In this document: piece by piece, positions 53,899 to 64,000 of the stretch
How positions within the stretch are numbered: the stretch's first letter is position 1
Layout of the letters: each line of letters begins with the position of its first letter
NCBI GenBank assembly: GCA_951406725.2
Contig: OX597842.1
Location: 1,240,001-1,304,000, forward strand
DNA from: Octopus vulgaris
Lineage: Eukaryota
Direction: 5' to 3'
Length of the DNA stretch: 64,000 bases
Notes under the pieces: model-generated
Databases searched by the model: none
What the model was told of the DNA's origin: nothing
The model's input: the letters and a program-made list of their open reading frames with translations, nothing else
Program-made: the position numbers and the translations under genes

Positions 53899-53946
<48 letters not shown>

Positions 53947-54265
53947 CACACATATCATTATCATCATCGTTTAACATCCGCTTTCCATGCTAGCATGTTT
54001 TGGACGATTTGACTGAGGACTGGCGAACCAGACTCCAATCTCATCTGGCAGAGTTTCTACAGCTGGATGCCCTTCCTAATGCCAACCACTTCGAGAGTGT
54101 AGTGACTTCTTTTACATGCCACCGGCACGAGGGGCAGTCTGGAGGTACTGGCAACGACCTCGCTTAAATGTTTTGTTCATGTGCCACCGGCACTAGTACC
54201 AGTAAGGCAACGTTGGTAACGATCACGCGCAGATGGTGCTCTTTATATATATATATATATCTTCA

Positions 54266-55093
54266 TATTATTATTATCATTATCATTATTATTATTCAGG
54301 TTGCTGCCTGGAATTGAACTCGGAATCTTGGGGTTAGTAGCCCGCACTCTACGCCCAGGTTTGAAATACCTCCTGGACATCAACCAAAACGTTGTGTTAA
54401 TGACAAACAAGGTGAGGGCAAATATCCCTCAAATATAAATAATGAAAATAATATATTTATATATATATATAAATAAATATATATATATATATATATTATA
54501 TAAAAGGGCTTAGTAAAATAAATTACTTTGCCACATACTGAACTCATTAGAAATAGCAGCCAAAAAAGTTTTTTAGCTATTTCTAATACTTAAAAAAATT
54601 CTCTCAGATAGTGTTTACTCAGAATAACCCACCATACCTTCGTGGGTTATTCTGAGTAAACACTATTTGAAGAAATTTTCTTTAAGTATTAGAAATAGCT
54701 AAAAAAACTTTTTTTAACTGCTATTTCTAATGAGTTCAGTATGTGGCAAAGTAATTTATTTTACGAAGCCCTTTTATATAATGTAATATTTTGAATTCGC
54801 CTTAAATGGTCCTTTTACATACTGAATACTTGGTGAAATTGATTAATAACTAATTAATTTTACCCTCAATTGTTGAAATTATATATATATATATGTATGT
54901 ATATATGTGTTTGGGAGATGAGGAATTATGTACATTATTTTCAGTATTTATATTTGAGGGATATTTGCCCTCATCTTGTTTGTCATTAACACAACGTTTT
55001 GGCTGATGTCCAGGAGGAATTTCAAACCTGGGCGTAGTGGTTAAGAGTGCGGGTTACTAACCCCAAGATTCCGAGTTCAATTCCAGGCAGCAA

Positions 55094-55168
<75 letters not shown>
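54266..55168. repeat. Nested inverted repeats (outer arms 54266-54452 / 54934-55125; inner hairpin 54493-54628 / 54643-54787)
   Basis: Direct reverse-complement matches, e.g. ACTTTGCCACATACTGAACTCATTAGAAATAGCAG / CTGCTATTTCTAATGAGTTCAGTATGTGGCAAAGT. Confidence 0.92.
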
Positions 55169-55170
<2 letters not shown>

Positions 55171-55311
55171 TTGGAAAAATACCTTAGGAATGAGGACCCA
55201 TGTTCGAAATACTCCCAGAACACCTGATGAAGGCTGGTGAGTACATCAGACGAAACATTGTGTTAACAACAAAAAAGATGAGGACAAAAATCTGTCAAAT
55301 GTAAATAATGT
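55029..55311 (+). mobile_element. Composite SINE-like element: tRNA head + (AAT)n + hammerhead-containing tail
   Basis: A box GGGCGTAGTGG (55030), B box GAGTTCAATTCC (55073), (AAT)n at 55098-55168, hammerhead motif at 55219-55264. Confidence 0.75.
55219..55264 (+). ncRNA. Minimal type I hammerhead ribozyme motif
   Basis: AACAC-CTGATGA-aGGCTGGTG agta CATCAGAC-GAAAC-ATT-GTGTT. Other copies have AAACGTT, a palindromic stem III. Confidence 0.75.
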
Positions 55312-55749
55312 ATATATATATATATATATATATATCTTTGTATCTATTTATCTATCTATCTACAACTATATCTATGTATGTGTATAATTGTTTCCTAACC
55401 ATGTGATCACTGGTTCAATCACGCTGTGTAGGACCTTGGTGACTTTATATTTTTATTAATATATTGCTACATATGTTTCAGCATGACGTGCATTTTATGA
55501 GACCACCTCATTATATCCAAAAGATATAATTAAATATTATTTATGATATAAATAAATATATATGAATTTATTTACTTTTATATGTATAATTTTACCCTCA
55601 CGGGTTATCCTTTACTGGAAAGCAATACTCTCGTATTGCATTACTATTTTCATTGAAACTTCTTCACTGTTCTCGTTCTGTTAATGTTTTGGCGTTAAGA
55701 TGGGTGTACTGGCATAGATGTGACAACATTTGAAATTTTGTCTAGGTAT

Positions 55750-55820
55750 ATGCAGCTGATGAGGACAAATCAAATTTACGTTGTCAAATGTATTTGAAGA
55801 GTCTCAAACCGGTCCTGCAT
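55750..55820 (+). ncRNA. Minimal type I hammerhead motif (G12 mutated)
   Basis: ATGCAG-CTGATGA-GGAC...GTCT-cAAAC-CGGTC-CTGCAT. Perfect 6-bp stem I, ACCGGT palindrome and GUC triplet. Confidence 0.7.
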
Positions 55821-55901
55821 TATCCATTTCTAGGTTTTTCATTTTTCAGATGTTCTTCCTAGAGGTAAGACAAATTTTCTTCATGTTTGTTGCACACACA
55901 G

Positions 55902-55941
55902 GTCTTTTACGTTTCGAGCATATGCTCTTCCACAGAAAAGA
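55902..55941 (-). ncRNA. Minimal hammerhead-like motif with a variant core
   Basis: Minus strand reads tctttt-CTGTGGA-aGAGC atat GCTC-GAAAC-GTA-AAAGA. Confidence 0.55.
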
Positions 55942-56230
55942 ACACAGAAAGAAACAAGGAGAGAAAATAAAGAATGTGTAGTGGCTAGCGATCTATCATG
56001 GCGAATGCCGGACAGAAGGGTCACACAGGAGAGCTAGGGAGAAGGGGAGATAATAAAGTAGTGGTGATCCCAAAACGAAGGTGCACGTGCGTATGTATGA
56101 GAGAGTATGTATGTGCATGTGGAAGAGGGCTAGAGCCATATATCCAAAATAAGTATATAATATATCCAAAAAGAAGCATACTGTAAGTGTTTGCGCAGTA
56201 ATGAATTAATAAGTTAATTATATGGATGGT

Positions 56231-56299
56231 CATAGAGTGACCAATGGTTTCAGATCCATAAAGTGCTTAGCCTTAAAGACAACTCGTCAGGCTCCAGTG
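56231..56299 (-). ncRNA. Type I hammerhead motif (left arm of an inverted pair)
   Basis: Minus strand reads TGGAGC-CTGACGA-...-GAAACC-ATT-GGTC-ACTCTA. Confidence 0.65.
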
Positions 56300-56329
56300 G
56301 ACATGGACATGGGATTATATGACCACAGG

Positions 56330-56397
56330 CACTGGAGTCTGATGAGTCATTTATATGCCTAATCACTTTATGGATGCGAAACCATCGGTCACTGTAT
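56330..56397 (+). ncRNA. Type I hammerhead motif (right arm of an inverted pair)
   Basis: TGGAGT-CTGATGA-GtCATTTATA...TATGGATGC-GAAACC-ATC-GGTC-ACTGTA. Confidence 0.75.
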
Positions 56398-56594
56398 GAC
56401 CAGACATATAATTGTCCTCCTATATTTATGTTTTGTATATATGTGTGTATGTATGTATATATAACCAAAAATTGGCAATATACATAAATATCATAGAAGA
56501 CAGTATAGGTAACAGCACATTACAGTATAAAACAGTGCAACAAACATCAGTCAGACACTAAAATAGGAGAACAGGAAGCACGTAGGACCCCAAA

Positions 56595-56631
<37 letters not shown>

Positions 56632-56664
56632 ACTGTATATACATGAATGTATGTATATATAAAT

Positions 56665-57048
56665 TCTTTTACTCTTTTACTTGTTTCAGTCGTTTGACTG
56701 CAGCCATGCTGGAGCACCGAATTTAATCAAGCAAATCGACCCCAGGACTTATTCTATCAGTCTCTTTTGCCGAACTGCTAAGTGAAGTTGACGTAAACAC
56801 ACCAGCATCGGTTGTCAAGCGATGTTAGGGGGACAAACACACACACAAACATATACACACACATACATATATATATATATATACATATATATGACGGGCT
56901 TCTTTCAGTTTCCGTCTACCAAATTCACTCAAAAGGCTTTGATTGACCCAATGCTATAGTGGAAGATACTTGCCCAAGGTGTCATGCAGTGAGACTGAAC
57001 CCGGGACCATGTTGTTGGTAAGCAAGCTACTTACCACACAGCCACTCC

Positions 57049-57050
<2 letters not shown>
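56665..57050 (-). mobile_element. CORE-like SINE
   Basis: Reverse complement of the family at 5656. Confidence 0.88.
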
Positions 57051-57111
<61 letters not shown>

Positions 57112-57120
57112 GTATGTATG

Positions 57121-57156
<36 letters not shown>

Positions 57157-57816
57157 TAGATATAGATAGATAGATATAGATAGATAGACAGACAGACAGA
57201 TAGATAGATAGATAGGTAGATAGATAGATAGACAGATAGACAGACAGACAAATATATAGATAGATAGATCTATCTATCATTCTAGATATAGCTACATACA
57301 GGCACATGCAAATTTGTATACATATAGAAAGTATTTTTTGTCTTTTCTAAAAGTAGATTTATTTAAGAAAATATATAGAAATAAAGAAATGGAATTAAGG
57401 GGGGGGGGGGAGAAAAAACCCGAAGATGATGAATAACAGAAGTGTGTAGAAGAAAAATAACATTTACAGGATATAAAAATATAATGGACGGTGGAACTGT
57501 GAAGAAACTTTTACCAAAATATCTTGGAAAATGCCGCAGAGCAGGAACAGACACGTGATATTTTTAAAATAAGTATGGGTGTAGTTGTGTGTGTGTGTGT
57601 GTGTGGGTGTGCTTGCAAACATGTTATATATAGATTTATATATGTATATATATGGATATGTATATGTGCATGTATGTTCATACATATATATCTGTCTGCT
57701 GGTTTTTTTGGTCTCACTCTCTCTCTCTTTGTATATATTTGTACTGATAAAAATATAGACACATGCACTCATATACATATATATTCACACATATGTATGT
57801 GTATATATATATATAC

Positions 57817-57849
<33 letters not shown>

Positions 57850-58599
57850 TACGTACATATATATATACATATTGCATGCATTATATATATGTATATATTA
57901 TATTCAATATTTATATATATATATATACACACACACACATATATATATATACACTCACACACACACATATATATGTATTTATATATATATAAACACACAC
58001 ACACATATATATATATATATACACATTGCATGCATTATATATATATGTATATATTATATTCAATATTATATATATGCATGCACATATATATGAAATATAT
58101 ATATATACATATATCTATACACACACATGTTTATATGTATCCATCTGCCTATCTCTCTCTTTCTCTCTCTACATATATATATATATATATATATGTATGT
58201 ACATATTTATATATATGCATATATAGTTAGTGTTATAGTTTGTCAACGAGAAGGGAAGTCAGTTCTCTAAAAAGTATATATAATTTTGAATATGCATACA
58301 CATACCTACACACACACACATATATATAATATATATACACCCCCATATAAACAAGCATATAAATACACCATTTCTATGCACATCTAAGTCTCTGCTGGTA
58401 AATGGACAGTTTGCCTCAGAATCAAAATCTAAGAACGCAGAAGGAAAAAAAAAATAGGAACCGAAAAATATACAGAAAAAAGGGACAAAAAAAAACCTGC
58501 TCTGCACCCTCAAACATTTCCACCCCGTCTCCCTCCCTCCCTTCCTTCTTGCACAATCATTTTAAACACCAATTGAACCATTCCCTACCACCCCATCTC

Positions 58600-59205
58600 A
58601 CCACCTCTCCTTTGCTCCTTATCTTCCTCTCTCTCTCTCTCTGTTTCTCTATCTTCCTCTGTTTCTTTCTTGCCTCTCATTCTGTCTCTTTTCTCTTTCT
58701 CTCTCTGCCTCTCTTTTCCTCTTTCTTCCTCTCTTTCTCTTCTTCTCGCTCCCACTATTTCAGTTTTCCTGTCTCTCTTCGTCTCTCTCTCATTCTGCCT
58801 ATCTCTTCCTTCCCCTCTCTATCAATTCTTCTCTCTCTTCCTTTCTTACTCTCTCTCTTGTGTCACCGTCTCCTCTTTCTCTCCCTCTCTCTCTCCTTAT
58901 CTATCTTTCCATTTCTCTCTCTGTCTCCCTTTTCCTCTTTATTTCTCTCTCTCTTTTTCCTCCACTTCTCTCTCTGTCTCCCTTTTCCTCTTTCTTTCTC
59001 TCTCTCTTTCTCCTCCACTCCCCTTCTCCCTTTATCTTTCTCTCTCCCTCTCTCTCCATATATATCTCAATTTTCCTCTCTCTTCCTCTCTTACTATCCC
59101 TCTTTTGTCTCTGTCTCTTTTTCTCTCTCTCACTCTCTCTTTATCTCCTAATTCTCTTTCTCCTCCCCTCTCCCTTTATCTCTCTCTCTCTCTGTCTATC
59201 TCTTT
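58600..59205. repeat. Polypyrimidine (CT)n-rich low-complexity tract
   Basis: Seen directly in the sequence. Confidence 0.93.
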
Positions 59206-59638
59206 CACACATACATACACACACACAATAAAACCATTGAACACCATCTCCTCCTACCCAACCCTCCAATCCCATTTTCCCCCTTTTTTTTTCTCTTTTT
59301 CCCTTCCAGGCTTTCTCCGAAAATTGCTGTATCCCTGGATTACCAAGATGAAAAACAGAAACAAAAAAAAAACCCCAAAAAACCACAGAAGCAAACAAAA
59401 TAAAAACAACAAAAAACCCCTAAAAAACGGTAGCGCCAGAGATAGGGGATGGCAGTTCTTTTAAAACAGCAGCAAAGTAGGTGAGTTCCAGTGTAAAAGG
59501 CCTTCAGCTATCACTGGGAAATTTTACCTTGGGGACCAGGGAAAATGGTTTGGTAGTGATGGTGGTGGGAGGTAAGGGGACAAAATAGATTCAACGCCTT
59601 TTTCTTTTGGCTTCTTTTTTTTCTTTTAAGGGGAAAGG

Positions 59639-59687
<49 letters not shown>

Positions 59688-60010
59688 TTTGTTAAAGATG
59701 ACAGTGGAATATTTTTTCTGAATTTAGGGGGTGGTTTCGGGGGTCTTATGTTATGTTACATTTTGGGGGTCTTGTAGTTTGTTTTTAAAATATATGAAAT
59801 TATCTTTTATCTCTCTTTCTCTCTCTCTATTTCTTTCTCTATCTATCTATCTCTCTATCTATATCTATCTTTCTATCTCTATCTCTCTTACGCTTTCTCT
59901 CTCAATCTATCTCTCTTTCTCTATCTCTCTCTCTATATATCTATCTATCTACCTATCTATCTTTTATTCTTTTACTTGTTTCAGTCATTTGAGGCCACAC
60001 TGGAGCACTG

Positions 60011-60047
<37 letters not shown>

Positions 60048-60348
60048 CACACATATATATATATACAAATATATATATATATACACACACAAACACACAC
60101 ATATATATATACATATATATACACACACACACATATATATATACAAATATATACACACACACACACACATATATATATATACAAATATATATATACACAC
60201 ACACACATATATATATATATACATATATATATACACACACACACATATAGATATATATATATATATACACACACACACATATATATATATATGCATATAT
60301 ATACACACACATATATATATATACAAATATACATACGCACACACATAC

Positions 60349-60380
<32 letters not shown>

Positions 60381-60596
60381 ACCTACCCATGTACCAATGT
60401 GTCTTTCAATCCATTCCATTAAACCCACCCACCCACCAACCAACCATCCAACCAGCCAAAGTATCCATCTGTCTGTCCGTATGTCTCCTGTTCTATTAAT
60501 CTCCCATAAATTGGTAAGCAGCGGAGAAGAAACTCCGGAATAATTATAGGAACGTTCTGCAGAGTGACATAATAATGACTGGAAGAGAATTTCGTC

Positions 60597-62425
60597 ATCG
60601 TGTATCTAGGAGTACATTATCTAATGTACAGTATAGCAGTTAGTATTAGTGGTTATGGCTGTTGATGTTGTTTAGCCCCAGGTCAGACCTGATGCAACAG
60701 AGAGAGACCTATGATCAAATGTGTTCCAACTGTGACCATCACATCTTTATTCTGGCAAAGTATACCTTGGAGTATATTATTTAATGTATAATATAATAGT
60801 TACTATTAGTGGCTGTAATTGTTATTGTTGTTTAGCCCCAGGTCAGTCCTGATCCAGGAGACCCATGTTCAAAGATGTTCCATCTGTGACCATCCCATCT
60901 TTTATTCAGACATAGTGTATCTAGGACTACATTATCTAATGTATCGTATTGTAATTAGGATTACGGACTGCTGTTGTTGTTTAGCCCCAGGTCAGTCCTG
61001 ATCCGTTCCAGCCATGACCATCCCATCTTTTATTCAGGCATAGTGTATCTAGGACTACATTATCATATGTATAGTATAGTAGTTAGTATTAGTGGTTATG
61101 GCTGTTGATATTGTTTAACCCCAGGTCAGACCTGATGCAACAGAGAGAGACCTATGATCAAATGTGTTCCAACTGTGACCATCACATCTTTATTCTGGTA
61201 AAGTATACCTTGGAGTAAATTATTTAATGTATAATATAGTAGTTACTATTTGTGGCTGTAATTGTTATTGTTATTGTTCTTTAGCCCAAGGTCAGTCCTG
61301 ATCCAGGAGACCCGTGTTCAAAGATGCTCCAGCTGTGACCACCCCATCTTTTATTGAGACATAGTGTATCTAGGACTACATTATCTAATGTATCGTATTG
61401 TAATTAGGATTACGGACTGCTGTTGTTGTTTAGCCCCAGGTCAGTCCTGATCCAGACAGACCTCTCATCAAAGATGTTCCAGCCATGACCATCCCATCTT
61501 TTATTCAGGCATAGTGTATCTAGGACTACATTATCATATGTACAGTATAGTAGTTAGTATTAGTGGTTATAGCTGTTGATATTGTTTAGCCCCAGGTCAG
61601 ACCTGATGCAACAGAGAGAGACCTATGATCAAATGTGTTCCAACTGTGACCATCACATCTTTATTCTGGCAAAGTATACCTTGGACTATATTATCTAATG
61701 TATAATATAGTGGTTACTATTAGTGGCTATAATTGTTACTGTTATTGTTGTTTAGCCCAAGGTCAGTCCTGATCCAGGAGACCTGTGTTCAAAGATGCTC
61801 CAGCTGTGACCATCCCATCTTTTATTCAGGCAGAGTGTATCTAGGACTACATTATCTAATGTATAGTATTGTAATTAGGATTGAGGACTGTTGTTATTTA
61901 GCCCCAGGTCAGTCCTGATTCAGCAAAGAGACCTATGATCAACGACATTCCAGCTGTGACTATTCTATCATTTATTCAGACATAGTGTATCTAGGACTAC
62001 ATTATCTAATATTCTATATAATAATTAGTCATAGTGGTCATAGCTGCCGTTGTTTAACCCCAGGTCAGTCCTAATCCAGCAGACCTATAATCAAAGATGA
62101 TCTTTATGTGACCACCCTACCTTTTATTCAGGCATAGTGTATCTAGGACTACATTATCTAATGTACTGTACAGTAGTTAGTATTAGTGGCTATAGTGATT
62201 GCTGTTGTTTAACCCCAGGTCAATCCTGATCCAGGTAGACTTATGATCAAAGATGTTTCAGCTGTGATCATACCATCTTTTATACAGACCTAGTCTATCT
62301 AGTACTACATCATCTTATGTACAGTATAGTAGTAAGTATTAGTGGTTATATGTCGTTTAACCCCAGTTCAATCCTGATTCAGTAGATGTGTGATCAAGAG
62401 TGTTCCACGCATGACCACTCCAACT
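60597..62425. repeat. Satellite of ~12 monomers (~150-165 bp) with a trimeric ~470-bp higher-order unit
   Basis: GTTTA(G/A)CCCCAGGTCA-type anchor near 60669, 60829, 60978, 61112, 61278, 61427, 61583, 61749, 61895, 62051, 62206 and 62354. Confidence 0.92.
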
Positions 62426-62573
62426 GTTAACAGTCAAATAATTTATTGCTATAAATATTCTTTGATAAACTTTTGGATCGTAAATGTATTTACCTGTTAA
62501 GTAGTAAGGCAGACATGACTACCACCACATCAACTTTGGCATCCACCATTATTACTACTATTTTTGCTGTCGT

Positions 62574-62937
62574 TAAAAACAAGAACACTCAGAGAACGCA
62601 AACCTCTGCCAAGGCAACCCCAACGTCCTCCCAATAATTGGCCAGAGATGATTTTTTAAATGAGAATATCTGAAATAAACTCGACTGCTCTCACAAACAA
62701 GAATACTAAAAATGAACCCAACCACTCTCAAGAAATTAAGTAAAAAGAAAAAGGTAAAATAATCCAGAATCCTTATCCTTTTCTGGATTGATCCCAAAAT
62801 CTAATCAGTTCATGTCAGTCATGAGGCCAAACATCCCTGAAAGTTTCATTGGAATCCATCCAGCGGTTCTTGGGATATCTTGTCCATGGACACACAAACA
62901 TGACTAAAAGCAATACCTCCACTTTCGCTAATACAGA

Positions 62938-62943
<6 letters not shown>
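62574..62943 (+). mobile_element. DINE/HINE-like (Helentron-associated) non-autonomous element
   Basis: Starts AAACAAGAACACTCAGAGAACGCAAACCTCTGCC and ends ACCTCC...AGAGGTAATAA (subterminal inverted repeat plus terminal hairpin). Confidence 0.6.
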
Positions 62944-62983
<40 letters not shown>

Positions 62984-62993
62984 TGCAGTACCA

Positions 62994-63551
62994 ATGCCTT
63001 GATGCAGTACCAGGCAGTGGCTCTCATGGCTTCTGATCTTAACTGATTGGAAGTGTTATCAGGTACATTGTTTTGTCTTGGAATAAAAGATGGGCTACAG
63101 CAAATATTCTGCTCAATACCACAGATTTGCTTGTCAGTTGTTTGACCGTAACCAGTTGAGCAGGTCCCTTAGTGGCTGACAATATGTGCATCTCTGATCA
63201 CGAGCAGAAGTAGTGGGGGAGCATCATAGCCATGTGTTGAGAGGGATTCTTTGGGATTTGAATAGTTCACCTCTGGAAACATGGGTGGTTCTTTCAACAT
63301 TCTTAAACAACCCTTATTCAGGGACCGTTTGAGCGGGATGGGCTACTCAACCTGAAAAAAATTCTAACTGGGCCCCACCTGCAAGCTCATGTGCTGTTTA
63401 TCTTGATATGAGATCACCATGTCGCGCACATATGGTTGTAATGCATATGCCTGGTGTACCTTTATCAGACGGGTAGTCATGATGGGTATATTGGGCTTCG
63501 TATATTTTACCCCAGTGTCACTTTGATGGCGTGAACTGCTCTCTCACTCAA
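62994..63551 (+). mobile_element. Complete ~560-bp (AAT)n-flanked non-coding element
   Basis: Collinear with 48745-49302. Confidence 0.9.
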
Positions 63552-63566
63552 TGATGATAATAATAA

Positions 63567-64000
63567 TTTAGATCAATACATAGACGAGTTAGATCAATGC
63601 ATAGACGAGTTAGATCAATACATAGACGAGTTAGATCAATACATAGACGAGTTAGATCAATACATAGACGAGTTAGATCAATAAATAGACAAGTTAGATC
63701 AATACTAAAAACAGAGCTCAATGCTAAAAACAAGATAATAGGTATCAACACTTTAGCTGTCCCAGTTATAAGTTACAGCTACAAAATCCTTAACTGGACA
63801 CGAAATGAACTGTCCAAAATAGATAGGAAAACAAGAAAAATACTGACAGGATCTAGGATGCATCACCCAAAATCTGACATAGAAAGACTATATATACAAC
63901 GTATAGAAGGTGGTAGAGGCCTTATACAGCTGGAAGACTACTATAAAATAACCACCATAGGACTGCAAAAATACCTACTTCAGAAGGAAGGAAAACTGAT
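63567..64000 (+). mobile_element. 5'-truncated R4/Dong-clade LINE with an open RT-thumb frame running off the window end
   Basis: RSILKTELNAKNKIIGINTLAVPVISYSYKILNWTRNELSKIDRKTRKILTGSRMHHPKSDIERLYIQRIEGGRGLIQLE. Preceded by 6 tandem 21-mers (63568-63693) and (TAA)n. Confidence 0.9.

Noticed and set aside
55029-55098. tRNA gene (also the heads at 5656, 28587 and 38131)
   Set aside because: A and B boxes are present but there is no complete acceptor stem, and each continues into a SINE body.
63568-63705. Short regular repeats resembling a CRISPR array
   Set aside because: There are no spacers, the unit runs directly into the adjacent LINE coding sequence, and the context is eukaryotic.

Overview
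Eukaryotic, AT-rich DNA almost entirely made of repeats. The SINE families and the heavy (TA)n/(CA)n/(GAT)n/(AAT)n load resemble an octopod cephalopod genome; this is an inference from repeat recognition, not a search. I cannot support any host protein-coding exon. Nearly all ORFs in the track are microsatellite or SINE translations. The recognisable coding remnants all come from transposons: CR1-group, RTE and R4/Dong LINE ends, Penelope-like (PLE) RT and GIY-YIG-linker fragments, and mariner transposase. Five signals stand out. (1) A cluster of minimal type I hammerhead-ribozyme motifs from several families at 55.2-56.4 kb, including two divergent hammerheads forming one hairpin, with more copies elsewhere. 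(2) A composite of tRNA head + (AAT)n + hammerhead tail with a PLE-style inverted 5' tail, i.e. a candidate ribozyme-bearing SINE mobilised by PLEs. (3) Repeated templated copies of nearby DNA, several at 5' junctions of R4/Dong insertions. (4) A LINE and the dominant SINE sharing a 3' tail whose stem-loop shows compensatory changes. (5) Several SINE- or retroposon-derived tandem arrays. All coordinates were read by eye and may be off by a few bases.
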